Part shown: one piece after another, positions 17,700-25,861 of the stretch
Layout: every line of letters begins with the position of its first letter
Numbering within the stretch: the stretch's first letter is position 1
Translations under genes and position numbers: made by a program
Notes under the pieces: model-generated
What the model was told of the DNA's origin: nothing
Databases searched by the model: none
Seen by the model: only the letters and a program-made list of their open reading frames with translations
Sequence record: OQ319938.1
Direction: 5' to 3' (one strand)
Source of the DNA: Pseudomonas phage 20Sep420
DNA length: 62,357 nt

Positions 17700-17989
17700 G
17701 ATTTGGCCTCAATATCGGCCCAAGAGAACGTGATTTCTGTGAATGCGCCCATTTCATCCTCCTCTGCGGGGTAGGCGGTATACTTCACCTTGAAGCCACG
17801 GGCTTCCAGCATGGCTACGATGTAGGCTACACGGTCGGCGTAGGGATCGTCGGAAATGTTATCGCCATGATCCAGGTCATGTTCGATTATCGTTGCCTGG
17901 GTAAGGTGCGTGGACTGCATGACATAGGCTTCAACTACGGCGTCGAAGGTCTTGTTGCGGGTCTCGATTGCATCAGCAGCGGTAAACAT
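17696..17989 (-). CDS. hypothetical acidic protein, 97 aa
   Basis: AAGGAG RBS. Confidence 0.5.
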   Translation of the reverse strand: MFTAADAIETRNKTFDAVVEAYVMQSTHLTQATIIEHDLDHGDNISDDPYADRVAYIVAMLEARGFKVKYTAYPAEEDEMGAFTEITFSWADIEAKS

Positions 17990-17999
17990 GGCTCACTCC

Positions 18000-18173
18000 T
18001 TAGTGAAGAGTTGGGTCTTTGGAAGGGAATGCCTCTTCAATGGCATCGGCGAGGTTGTCCCCATGCTCCGTGACCACAGAGTAGAGGAGTTGGTCCGACA
18101 GCGGGATTTCGGACATTACGAAATAGTTCCCGTCTTCGTCCTGGCAGACCTTGATGGTGGCGACAATGTTCAT
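18000..18173 (-). CDS. small acidic protein, 57 aa
   Basis: Found by hand. AAGGA RBS. Confidence 0.35.
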   Translation of the reverse strand: MNIVATIKVCQDEDGNYFVMSEIPLSDQLLYSVVTEHGDNLADAIEEAFPSKDPTLH

Positions 18174-18180
18174 GGTAGGT

Positions 18181-18333
18181 CCTTACAGGGTGAAGGGAGT
18201 GACGACCAGCAGCACCCACCAAATCAGCTGGCAGATGACGCGAAGGAACTGTTCGGTCGGGAACAGCTTGCTCAGAAGACGGGTGCCGACAATGCCGAAC
18301 AGAACAACAGCGATCAGGTAAACGATGGCAAAC
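18181..18333 (-). CDS. small membrane peptide, 50 aa, two TM segments
   Basis: Found by hand. Hydrophobic. Confidence 0.3.
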
Positions 18334-18515
18334 ATGAGGTAGTAACTCCGTAGTAGGTAGGTGAAGCATACAATGTGAAGGATGAACCTAAAATGACCGG
18401 GGGAGATTTTGGGGACCTATGGCTCACCCACCCCTAGTAATTATATGTACCCCACCCCATACGCCGAAAGGCCGACCCTTTCGGATCAGCCTTCATTCAT
18501 TCAGCGTTGGTTGTG

Positions 18516-18725
18516 TCAGCGTATGCGCTTGAACGTGTCTCCGTTATGATCGCTGATCGTATCGCCTACAGCCATATTCATAAGCTTGGCTATATCAGCA
18601 TCCATATCATCGGTAAGGCATACTTCAGTGATGAGCCATGCGGGTTGGTCCTGCTGGTCAATCACACGCCCATTCAGTGCCACCAGTTCCCATCTACGCT
18701 CCATGCGCTCCACGAAACGGCTCAT
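18516..18725 (-). CDS. hypothetical protein, 69 aa
   Basis: Compact ORF. Confidence 0.45.
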   Translation of the reverse strand: MSRFVERMERRWELVALNGRVIDQQDQPAWLITEVCLTDDMDADIAKLMNMAVGDTISDHNGDTFKRIR

Positions 18726-19036
18726 GCCTGCACATCATCCCAACCATGCGACGCAGGCTTAGTCACTTCGGGTTCCGGCTCCCACTCGGCAGCAAACACA
18801 CCCAGGTATTCCACCAATGCACCAGTATGGCCCGATGCACTGACCGCGCTACCGTCGCTAAATCGCGTACCGACATAGCGGCCCTTTCCCATGGTGGACT
18901 CGCAGTAGAAATGCTTTGCGTCTGCATCAAGGCCGGTGCACAGCACGTCGGTATCGGTGTGGGTGGCCTGCCCCATGGAAAGCAGCACAGCAGCCTGTGC
19001 GTAATTTTCGACGTTGGTAGCGAGATTGGTGTTCAT
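18722..19036 (-). CDS. hypothetical protein, 104 aa
   Basis: ATGA overlap. Confidence 0.5.
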   Translation of the reverse strand: MNTNLATNVENYAQAAVLLSMGQATHTDTDVLCTGLDADAKHFYCESTMGKGRYVGTRFSDGSAVSASGHTGALVEYLGVFAAEWEPEPEVTKPASHGWDDVQA

Positions 19037-19134
19037 GTCTTGTTCCTAATTAGTGGCTGGTAGGCGGTAGTGCCGTCCCAGTGAGTACATAATAGCACTC
19101 TTTTCCACCTTGTGCGTATCCGAACCTAAGATAT

Positions 19135-19371
19135 TTATCTACTATTCAGGATTCTAGCTTCCTCTTCCCAGGTCGCCTGGACTCGCTTGGCTGCTGTGTC
19201 TTCGCCAACATGGTTGAAGATTCCACACTTCACTACGCGCAACCCCTTGAACCGTGGATTGATTTTCAGACGCTCCACGGGCAGCGTTCCGGTGTACTCG
19301 ATCAGGGCGATGCGAGTATAGCCGTGTGCGTGCATGCCCGTAGGAACGGCTGTAAGTACGCGGTAGCTCAT
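19135..19371 (-). CDS. hypothetical protein, 78 aa
   Basis: Compact ORF. Confidence 0.5.
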   Translation of the reverse strand: MSYRVLTAVPTGMHAHGYTRIALIEYTGTLPVERLKINPRFKGLRVVKCGIFNHVGEDTAAKRVQATWEEEARILNSR

Positions 19372-19658
19372 CCTTCACACTCAATAAAAACAATCTGGCA
19401 CAAACCATAGGGACGAATCACATAGCCGTCGCCGTGGCTTTCGGTTTTGCATCGAATACCGGTAAGCCCAAGCTTGGCTTTGACCGCCTTGATCAATTCA
19501 CGCTTTGCGATACGGTCGGCACGTGCATAGGTTCCTACACCACCGTCATACCCATAATGAGTAAGCTCGGGCATGGTGACAGTTCCGCGCTTAACCCATG
19601 AGTAATTGGCTTCGCCAGCAAAGGTGTCGGTGTGTTCATAGCTGTATTTGATGCTCAT
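19368..19658 (-). CDS. hypothetical protein, 96 aa
   Basis: TAATG overlap. Confidence 0.5.
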   Translation of the reverse strand: MSIKYSYEHTDTFAGEANYSWVKRGTVTMPELTHYGYDGGVGTYARADRIAKRELIKAVKAKLGLTGIRCKTESHGDGYVIRPYGLCQIVFIECEG

Positions 19659-19861
19659 TACTTGGCCTTCCTGTCGATTACGGCACGAACAAAGCGGAAA
19701 TTCTCATTGCCGAGCGTCGCATTGTAGTAATTCAGACAGTCCCGGCAGGTGCGCCAGTGATTCGTGCTGGCGTAATACTTGGGATTCCCTGCGGTGTCGA
19801 GAATGTAGATATCGATCTTCGGGTTGGACTCGCGGTATTCCGGCTTAGTCTGAATTGCCAT
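19658..19861 (-). CDS. Cys-containing small protein, 67 aa (CRDC motif)
   Basis: Internal ATG with a GGAG RBS. Confidence 0.4.
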   Translation of the reverse strand: MAIQTKPEYRESNPKIDIYILDTAGNPKYYASTNHWRTCRDCLNYYNATLGNENFRFVRAVIDRKAK

Positions 19862-19936
19862 AAGAATCTCCTGTTTCACGTGGAACATGTTGCGGATAGG
19901 TGGATGCTCACTCATTGAATGAGCATCGGCCTAGCT

Positions 19937-20371
19937 TTAACGTGCGTAGAAGATATGGCCGTCGAATTCGTGGACGGTATAGTCCTGTTTCAGCGCGTCA
20001 TAGTCAATCTTGACGCTGATCCACGACGGCAAACCTTTATGGAAATCATACAACTCCTCGACCATATCATCCATACGTTCCTCGAAATCGTCGGTGTGGA
20101 TGATTTCGTGCGGATACCAATCACCGTTCCACTGGTGATCGCCGCCCATACCCTTCAGTTCGTCGGCGATTTCCTGCAACGCATTCAGTTCGTGCCACTC
20201 ATCCTGCATTCCCTCGAAATTGCCCACGTCCTGCAATGCGTACTCAAACGACAGGGTACTTTCCTGTTCGTCGTGGTGCGCTTCCAGTTCATCGCGCAGT
20301 TCGTCAATACGGTCGGTGATTTCTTCCATGCGAACCGAAGTGGAGAAGTCGATGGTGTGTTTAACGGTCAT
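19937..20371 (-). CDS. ArdA-like acidic antirestriction (DNA mimic) protein, 144 aa
   Basis: Very acidic. The C-terminal MVEELYDFHKGLPSWISVKIDYDAL resembles ArdA LIEECYDLRHLPDFIADHIDYEGI. Confidence 0.5.
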   Translation of the reverse strand: MTVKHTIDFSTSVRMEEITDRIDELRDELEAHHDEQESTLSFEYALQDVGNFEGMQDEWHELNALQEIADELKGMGGDHQWNGDWYPHEIIHTDDFEERMDDMVEELYDFHKGLPSWISVKIDYDALKQDYTVHEFDGHIFYAR

Positions 20372-20461
20372 TTGCGTGTTCCTAAGTGTTTGTGAGCCGA
20401 TGGGGTTATTATGGGGGTTGATTCTATGTTTGACAACCCCCGAACCTAAGATATTTAGGAT

Positions 20462-20869
20462 TTATTCAGCGTACTTTCGAGCTGTCGCGAGACATGCCAT
20501 GGAAGTCGGCATCTTACCCAAGCGGACAGTCTCGCGGACAAACCAAATACCCAGCGGCTCGCACACGTCATATGCGTACACACCGCCGTAATTCTCGCTG
20601 CACTCACTCCACACTTTCTGCACAGCCGGGTGGCACAGGGCGAGCATGCCCGTAATGAATTCGATCTGGCCGTAGCCCATACGGGAAATGATGGTTCCGT
20701 TTTGGCGCCCACCCTCATCGAGTGCCTGAATGGCGCCCATGCCAAGGTATGCGATATCGGCTGGATCAACCCGAAGTGCCGCAGCGCCAGCGGTCAATGC
20801 CTCACGTTCGGCGGAATTGGCTTCATACACACCGTTTGCAATACGTTCCAGAATATCAGCGTTGTTCAT
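20462..20869 (-). CDS. hypothetical protein, 135 aa
   Basis: Compact ORF. Confidence 0.5.
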   Translation of the reverse strand: MNNADILERIANGVYEANSAEREALTAGAAALRVDPADIAYLGMGAIQALDEGGRQNGTIISRMGYGQIEFITGMLALCHPAVQKVWSECSENYGGVYAYDVCEPLGIWFVRETVRLGKMPTSMACLATARKYAE

Positions 20870-20870
20870 C

Positions 20871-21068
20871 TTATATCTCGTTCATCGGAATGCACATATC
20901 ATGCGGGATTGCTTGGCAGTCGGACCAAGTGCGGTAAGTATCGGTTACATATTCGTCTCCTGTCAAGTGGTCGATCTGAATCACAGCGTACAAATTCGTC
21001 TGTGCGTAGCCGTATGCCATACCGGCCAACATGACCACACTAGCGCCGATAGCGGTCATGCTTCCCAT
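20871..21068 (-). CDS. small membrane protein, 65 aa
   Basis: N-terminal TM segment. Confidence 0.45.
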   Translation of the reverse strand: MGSMTAIGASVVMLAGMAYGYAQTNLYAVIQIDHLTGDEYVTDTYRTWSDCQAIPHDMCIPMNEI

Positions 21069-21202
21069 ACTGCGGTCCCCTTGGGCAGACGTGCGACGCG
21101 AAGGCTATTGCGGGCTGCGGCTCGCGCTTCGGATTCATTGGCACCGTAGAAGGTGAATGCGTATGCGTGGCCCGGTACGTGGATATTGTAACGCTTGCTC
21201 AT
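21056..21202 (-). CDS. small protein, 48 aa
   Basis: Found by hand. GGGAGA RBS. Confidence 0.3.
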   Translation of the reverse strand: MSKRYNIHVPGHAYAFTFYGANESEARAAARNSLRVARLPKGTAVWEA

Positions 21203-21217
21203 TTCGGTGTCTCCCTG

Positions 21218-21436
21218 TTAGTTAGTAGTGGTCGGCTTGTATGCGCGGCAGGCAGCACGTGCTTTGGTAAGGCTTGGGCCAAGATACAGCACCTTAAACC
21301 CATCTTCAGCGCGGGCAATGTAACCCATGCCCCGACCTTCAATGCGCGTTCCCTTGCCGTGAGTATCGTCCACATATCCGCAGCGGAAACCGTAGGGAGT
21401 TACGCTGCCGTTCTTATTCAGGATTTCATAGGACAT
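21218..21436 (-). CDS. first gene of the leftward middle operon, 72 aa
   Basis: GGAGACACC RBS. Confidence 0.5.
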   Translation of the reverse strand: MSYEILNKNGSVTPYGFRCGYVDDTHGKGTRIEGRGMGYIARAEDGFKVLYLGPSLTKARAACRAYKPTTTN

Positions 21437-21880
21437 TTCGGTGTCTCCTAGTCGGTGGCAGGTTTGCCGTTGCTCGATGAGTGTATTAAAGCACAGTTTC
21501 AGCCAAAAGGGTGAATGGATGCTGAATAAATCTTAGGGCCGAGATTCAGCGCTATGGAAAGGAACGGGCGCGCACGCGAATAGCACCATTAGTCCAGCCT
21601 GTCAACAAAACAGTTCGTGAATGAATTTGCTTAACGCCAGCCGAACCTAAGAGATACAGCTTGCATCATTCCCCGGCAACGAGTAGCCGGAAATATGAAC
21701 GGTTAATCGTTGTGAAATCGTGCCCGGACCGCTACGCGAGAAAGCGTAGCTTAACACGTAGTCGCTTAATGAAGGCTGAATGTTACATAGTAACCAATGA
21801 GAACCGTTCCTAATCGCTGTTTGGTGTCTCAAATGTTAATTCATCCGTTTTCGGGATTCAGGCACAGTCGGCCAGGACCC

Positions 21881-21951
21881 CATCCGTGTTTAACAGGGTG
21901 GTATCCCTATTTAACGGCCAAAAATCCAGCCATGGGTATCCGTATTTAACG
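21881..21951. repeat. three direct copies of ATCC(G/C)T(A/G)TTTAAC(A)GG (binding-site-like)
   Basis: Copies at 21881, 21899 and 21934. Confidence 0.5.
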
Positions 21952-21974
21952 GTTCAAAAATTGGCTCGATGCAG

Positions 21975-22095
21975 TAGCTACTAATTTTCGAAAAGATTTG
22001 CTGAAATTTCGTTAAGAGATTGGATTTTAAGTGGTTGATTTTAAAGAATTTAATATATAAAGAGATATAAAAGAGTATTAAGAGATATAAAACCA
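21975..22095. repeat. AT-rich iteron-like block with origin-like character
   Basis: Roughly 80 percent AT. AGAGATATAAAA occurs twice, GATTTTAA twice and AAGAGAT three times. Confidence 0.4.
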
Positions 22096-22118
22096 ACAAC
22101 TTTTACTTAGTGAGGGTA

Positions 22119-22352
22119 GGTGACAAAAAACGTGTCACAGTCAATGTAGGTGCGCGCACAGTACCCCCCACGTGACGTGCTAGACTTTTTGGTAGGTTAC
22201 GCAGAATGACCCACCCGTTACGCGTTCTCAGTCACCCACCCGCAAATCGCACATTTTCGACCTAGAATGTTAAAAAAGGCCGTTTTGTGACCTTGCGTCA
22301 CCTACCCACACTTGGCTTGACACGTGACACGGCGACTCGTAACATCACGTCA
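22119..22352 (+). promoter_or_regulatory. early promoter with a GTGAC/GTCAC operator cluster
   Basis: TTGACA at 22317-22322, a 17-nt spacer, and TAACAT at 22340-22345. Inverted repeats GTGACA-N7-TGTCAC at 22119-22138 and GTGAC-N5-GTCAC at 22287-22301. At least eight GTGAC/GTCAC half-sites lie in about 230 bp. Confidence 0.45.
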
Positions 22353-22367
22353 CTCACCCTCAACCAC

Positions 22368-23576
22368 ATGAGCCTGCACATGAGCGACACTGACACTCCC
22401 AAGAACAAGCGCACACTCAGTCGAGTTGACGCAGAAATCCTGAACATCACGACCAAATATAGATGGAGGGGTGGTAGTAATTCTTTCACCCGTGGAGAAC
22501 TGGCATACGGTCCTAATGAGATTGCCTTGCTGAAGCTACCTCCCGACTTCCAGAAGAACCGCGAGGCGGAGTCTCCTGTTTGGACCGCTCCGTTCCTTGC
22601 CAATGGTTCCCGCGTACGTGTGGTCATGGAGCGCGCCGAAGAGTTCCGCGTGTTCCCGGTGGACATTAACGAGGAACAGATCAGGTGGATTGCTACGGCA
22701 GTCCTGGCGGACGTTGACGCGGGCATGAGCCGTACTGAAGCGCGCCGTCGCCACATTGCGTGCGGATTCCTGGTCCCAGCGCTGTGGCTCACTAAGCTGG
22801 TTCCCGACGATGCGTACGATGCGCTGTACCACGACACTCAGAAGAAGATTGCACTGAGTGGCGTAGAGAATCCGGTGGCTGTTGCGGCCAAGCTCGACTT
22901 CGAGGAACTGTTGCGCGGGCTGTATCTGGCGGTCGATGCGCAGTTCGGGAAGGCTGGTGGTGACTTGCTTCTGGCGCTGCCCGCACGGTGCGCGAAGTAC
23001 CTGGAAGGCATCCGTACGCAGACCGGCACCCGCACGGCGCGTAGCGGGCTGGCTGCGGCGTCTGAGGGGCGCGCAGGCTCGGGCAAGGGCCTCACCCCGG
23101 CGCAGCGCCGGAAGCTCCTGGGCAAGCCGGTGTGGTCGATGCTGGCCGATACCGAGACCGACGCGAAGGCGCGTGCACTCGCCATTGCCACAGAGAGCGG
23201 GCCGATGGCTGGCATCAAGCCCAGGACGATGATTCGCATGCCGAGTGACGAGGCTATCCGCGAAGTCATCGAGAACATGAAGGACCTGGGCGCGCTTGGG
23301 CTGAAGAACACATCTTCGTACATCGTCCACAACGGGCACGTGCGCCATGTCGGGGTGGAGACTGACTCGACTACGATCATGCACTACATCGCGAAGCTGG
23401 CCGCTATCGTCAACAACCCCGGTGGCTGGGAAGAGTTCCGTGAACGCTGGATGGAAGAGGCCAAGCTGCGTGACCCCGATATTTCGTACGCGAAGCTGGC
23501 TGAAGTGATGCTGTGGCCCGATCTTCGTGTCGTGAACGAGGTCGATATGAGCATCGTGCAGGAGGTGATGGGCTAA
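22368..23576 (+). CDS. first early protein, about 402 aa, unknown function
   Basis: The tool gives a GTG start at 22287, but the promoter lies inside that stretch. In-frame ATGs are at 22368 and 22380. Confidence 0.45.
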   Translation: MSLHMSDTDTPKNKRTLSRVDAEILNITTKYRWRGGSNSFTRGELAYGPNEIALLKLPPDFQKNREAESPVWTAPFLANGSRVRVVMERAEEFRVFPVDINEEQIRWIATAVLADVDAGMSRTEARRRHIACGFLVPALWLTKLVPDDAYDALYHDTQKKIALSGVENPVAVAAKLDFEELLRGLYLAVDAQFGKAGGDLLLALPARCAKYLEGIRTQTGTRTARSGLAAASEGRAGSGKGLTPAQRRKLLGKPVWSMLADTETDAKARALAIATESGPMAGIKPRTMIRMPSDEAIREVIENMKDLGALGLKNTSSYIVHNGHVRHVGVETDSTTIMHYIAKLAAIVNNPGGWEEFRERWMEEAKLRDPDISYAKLAEVMLWPDLRVVNEVDMSIVQEVMG

Positions 23577-23644
23577 TTCATTAAGCATCCATACACGTGG
23601 GGCTAGGCATACTGGCCCCACATAACCACACGGGATTCCGCAAC

Positions 23645-23857
23645 ATGAAAGCTATGCTGAAGAAGGACGATCTGGAAGTCGGCAAGCCGTACCTTATGAT
23701 CCGCAACGCAAGTTTCGAATCCGTTCGCTACGGTATCGAAGTGAAGGAGGTTGACGGTACCCTGGTGGTACACGTGAAGAACCTCGAAGACGACTTCGAA
23801 ACCGACATTCTCATGACGAACGTGAACAGCGCTTGTCGCTTCATCGAATTCAACTGA
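23645..23857 (+). CDS. small early protein, paralog family member A, 70 aa
   Basis: Ends in NSACRF. Shares GxPYLM and CRF motifs with the three genes at 24612-25404. Confidence 0.5.
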   Translation: MKAMLKKDDLEVGKPYLMIRNASFESVRYGIEVKEVDGTLVVHVKNLEDDFETDILMTNVNSACRFIEFN

Positions 23858-23865
23858 GGTCCGAT

Positions 23866-24615
23866 ATGTCGAAGCACGATAGCAACATCACCGTACACGT
23901 TTGGGCGCCGGACATTCGCGCCAAGGTCGAGCAGGCCAAGCAGACCCTCGAACACTACGCCGTTGAGTACAGCACGGCCTACGAAGCATGGGAGACTCGC
24001 ATCTTCCGCGTCCGCAAGTGGCAGGACAAGCGCCGCAAGCTCAACTTCGACTACCTGTGGGCAAAGTGCGAGGCCAGGGTGCGTGACCGTCTGAAGGAAG
24101 AGGCCGAGATTTCGATGCGCGAGTGGCTGTCTGCGAGTGAGGCAGCTACCAGTGCCTACGCCAATCAAAAGCGTTCGTGGTTCCAGTTCCGCACTCCGCT
24201 GGATACTTACAAGGAAGTGTACGGCGTTGATGATCTTGGAGAAATCTACGATAGGAAGCTCGCTGTCATGAACGACCCGATGATTCTGAAGTTCAAGACT
24301 TTGGAAGAGTTCTTCAAGACGGTGAATTGCGCCTTCATTTACGCAAGCGAACTCCGCGAACACCTGGGTATCAGCAAGGAACTCGACCGGATGATCGTTC
24401 GTAGCAAATCGGATTACCGAATCCGCCGCTGGTATAAGCCGGACCTGGATACTCGCCGTGAGTGCAACATGCCGCCGACACGACATGACCACATGCGATA
24501 CTCTCGCGACGTGTACAAACTGCATAAGGCAGTGAACCAGGCCGGTTCACATATGATTAATGTGCCGGCCAGTATTCTCGCAGCTGTAAACACAATCAAC
24601 GGAGAAGAAGCATGA
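23866..24615 (+). CDS. hypothetical early protein, 249 aa
   Basis: GAGGT RBS. Has a helical charged N-terminal half. Confidence 0.5.
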   Translation: MSKHDSNITVHVWAPDIRAKVEQAKQTLEHYAVEYSTAYEAWETRIFRVRKWQDKRRKLNFDYLWAKCEARVRDRLKEEAEISMREWLSASEAATSAYANQKRSWFQFRTPLDTYKEVYGVDDLGEIYDRKLAVMNDPMILKFKTLEEFFKTVNCAFIYASELREHLGISKELDRMIVRSKSDYRIRRWYKPDLDTRRECNMPPTRHDHMRYSRDVYKLHKAVNQAGSHMINVPASILAAVNTINGEEA

Positions 24616-24875
24616 AGATCGAACGCAATGTACGCCCGGTGCCGCCGAGTATTTTGGTCAATGGGTGCCGTATCGGGGAACCGTACGCAATCTGCTACAA
24701 CGAATCCGGCGAACACGTACCTCTCGAAAGCCAGGAAATCGTGGTATTCATGAACTCCGATCAGGGATATCACTTCATGGTAAACCTGAGCAATAACTAC
24801 GTTCGCCGGGTTGATACACTCACGACGAAAATCCGACTGCGCAAGGTCGAAATCTCCATCAAGCTGGAAGACTGA
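24612..24875 (+). CDS. small early protein, paralog family member B, 87 aa
   Basis: MKIERN start. GEPYAICY, VNLSNNYV and a C-terminal KLED. Confidence 0.55.
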   Translation: MKIERNVRPVPPSILVNGCRIGEPYAICYNESGEHVPLESQEIVVFMNSDQGYHFMVNLSNNYVRRVDTLTTKIRLRKVEISIKLED

Positions 24876-24878
24876 ACA

Positions 24879-25142
24879 ATGAAGATCACCCGCAACTACA
24901 AGCCCGAAAGCCCGGTCATCGACCGCCTTCGACTGGAAGAGGGGATGAGCTACCTCATGGTTCAGTCCGCCGATGGCGTCATGTTTCGCAAGGAAAAGCA
25001 GATGCTGGTGTGGATCGCTCGCGACAAGCACGGCCCGATCTTCGTCAACCTGTCGTCCGGCTACGTGATGCCGATTGCTGAAGTCGGTGCAAGCTGCCGT
25101 TTCGTGAAGGTCGAAACCGAACTCAATGTGAAGGAGGACTGA
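24879..25142 (+). CDS. small early protein, paralog family member C, 87 aa
   Basis: MKITRN start. GMSYLMV, VNLSSGYV, SCRF and a C-terminal KED. Clear homologue of B. Confidence 0.55.
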   Translation: MKITRNYKPESPVIDRLRLEEGMSYLMVQSADGVMFRKEKQMLVWIARDKHGPIFVNLSSGYVMPIAEVGASCRFVKVETELNVKED

Positions 25143-25143
25143 C

Positions 25144-25404
25144 ATGGACCTCAAATTCAACCGCCCTGACCCGAAGCTGTTGATCGTTCGCGATCTTGTC
25201 AAGGGGAATGTCTATCGCAGATATGACCCAAGTGACGGTCGATGGAATCCGAGCGAGAGCTACTACATTGCATGTCGCGTCGGGCAGAGTTTGGACGTAT
25301 ATCTGACAAACCTTCGAAGCGGCGACCTGATGTTGGAAGAGGTTTCGTCCACTTGCCGCTTCGAACTTACTGAGGCTCATGTGGTCATCGGGGAGGGCGT
25401 GTGA
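25144..25404 (+). CDS. small early protein, paralog family member D, 86 aa
   Basis: GNVYRRY, TNLRSGDLM and STCRF. Confidence 0.55.
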   Translation: MDLKFNRPDPKLLIVRDLVKGNVYRRYDPSDGRWNPSESYYIACRVGQSLDVYLTNLRSGDLMLEEVSSTCRFELTEAHVVIGEGV

Positions 25405-25583
25405 TGGTCATCGACGGCAACGTGAGCAAGACCTACCACCTGGACCTCGAACTGACCGAATACGAAGCCCGCATGCTGATGGCACTGTTCCAGAATGCAG
25501 CAGGCGAAGGCGAACCGAAGGAAGCGAGGGCGATCCGCGAGGCTGTGTTTTCCAAGCTGTATGCTTTGGGAGCGCGTGTGTAA
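25401..25583 (+). CDS. hypothetical protein, 60 aa
   Basis: TGATG overlap. Confidence 0.45.
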   Translation: MMVIDGNVSKTYHLDLELTEYEARMLMALFQNAAGEGEPKEARAIREAVFSKLYALGARV

Positions 25584-25861
25584 TGAACGCACATCGTCAA
25601 CGCATCTACGACTACCTGACCGGCGACACTCACATCAAGTTGTCCAGGCGTGAGCGAGCCAAGTGCCGCCGCATGCAGGAGCGCCGAATCAACCGTAAGC
25701 GTGTGCATTTCCAACGCATGTACGTCACCCGCCCGATCTTGCGCAGTGACGGCAAGCATGAGTACACTCCGGACGCACCAGCCTACTACGGTGAACGCTA
25801 CCGACGTCCCCAGGTCCGCAAATATTGGGACATTGGCGACACCTTCGCATTGAATGCGTAA
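25583..25861 (+). CDS. basic small protein, 92 aa
   Basis: TAATG overlap. The tool frame began at 25379, but the ATG at 25583 is the one coupled to the upstream gene. Confidence 0.45.
   Translation: MNAHRQRIYDYLTGDTHIKLSRRERAKCRRMQERRINRKRVHFQRMYVTRPILRSDGKHEYTPDAPAYYGERYRRPQVRKYWDIGDTFALNA

Noticed and set aside
18037-18369. A 110-aa minus-strand ORF (MLHLPTTELLPH...).
   Set aside because: It is Arg/His/Pro-rich and overlaps two better small genes in other frames that have RBSs.
22287-22367. The GTG start at 22287 that the ORF tool gives for the first early gene.
   Set aside because: A sigma-70-type promoter and palindromic operators lie inside this stretch. Translation more plausibly starts at the ATG at 22368 or 22380.
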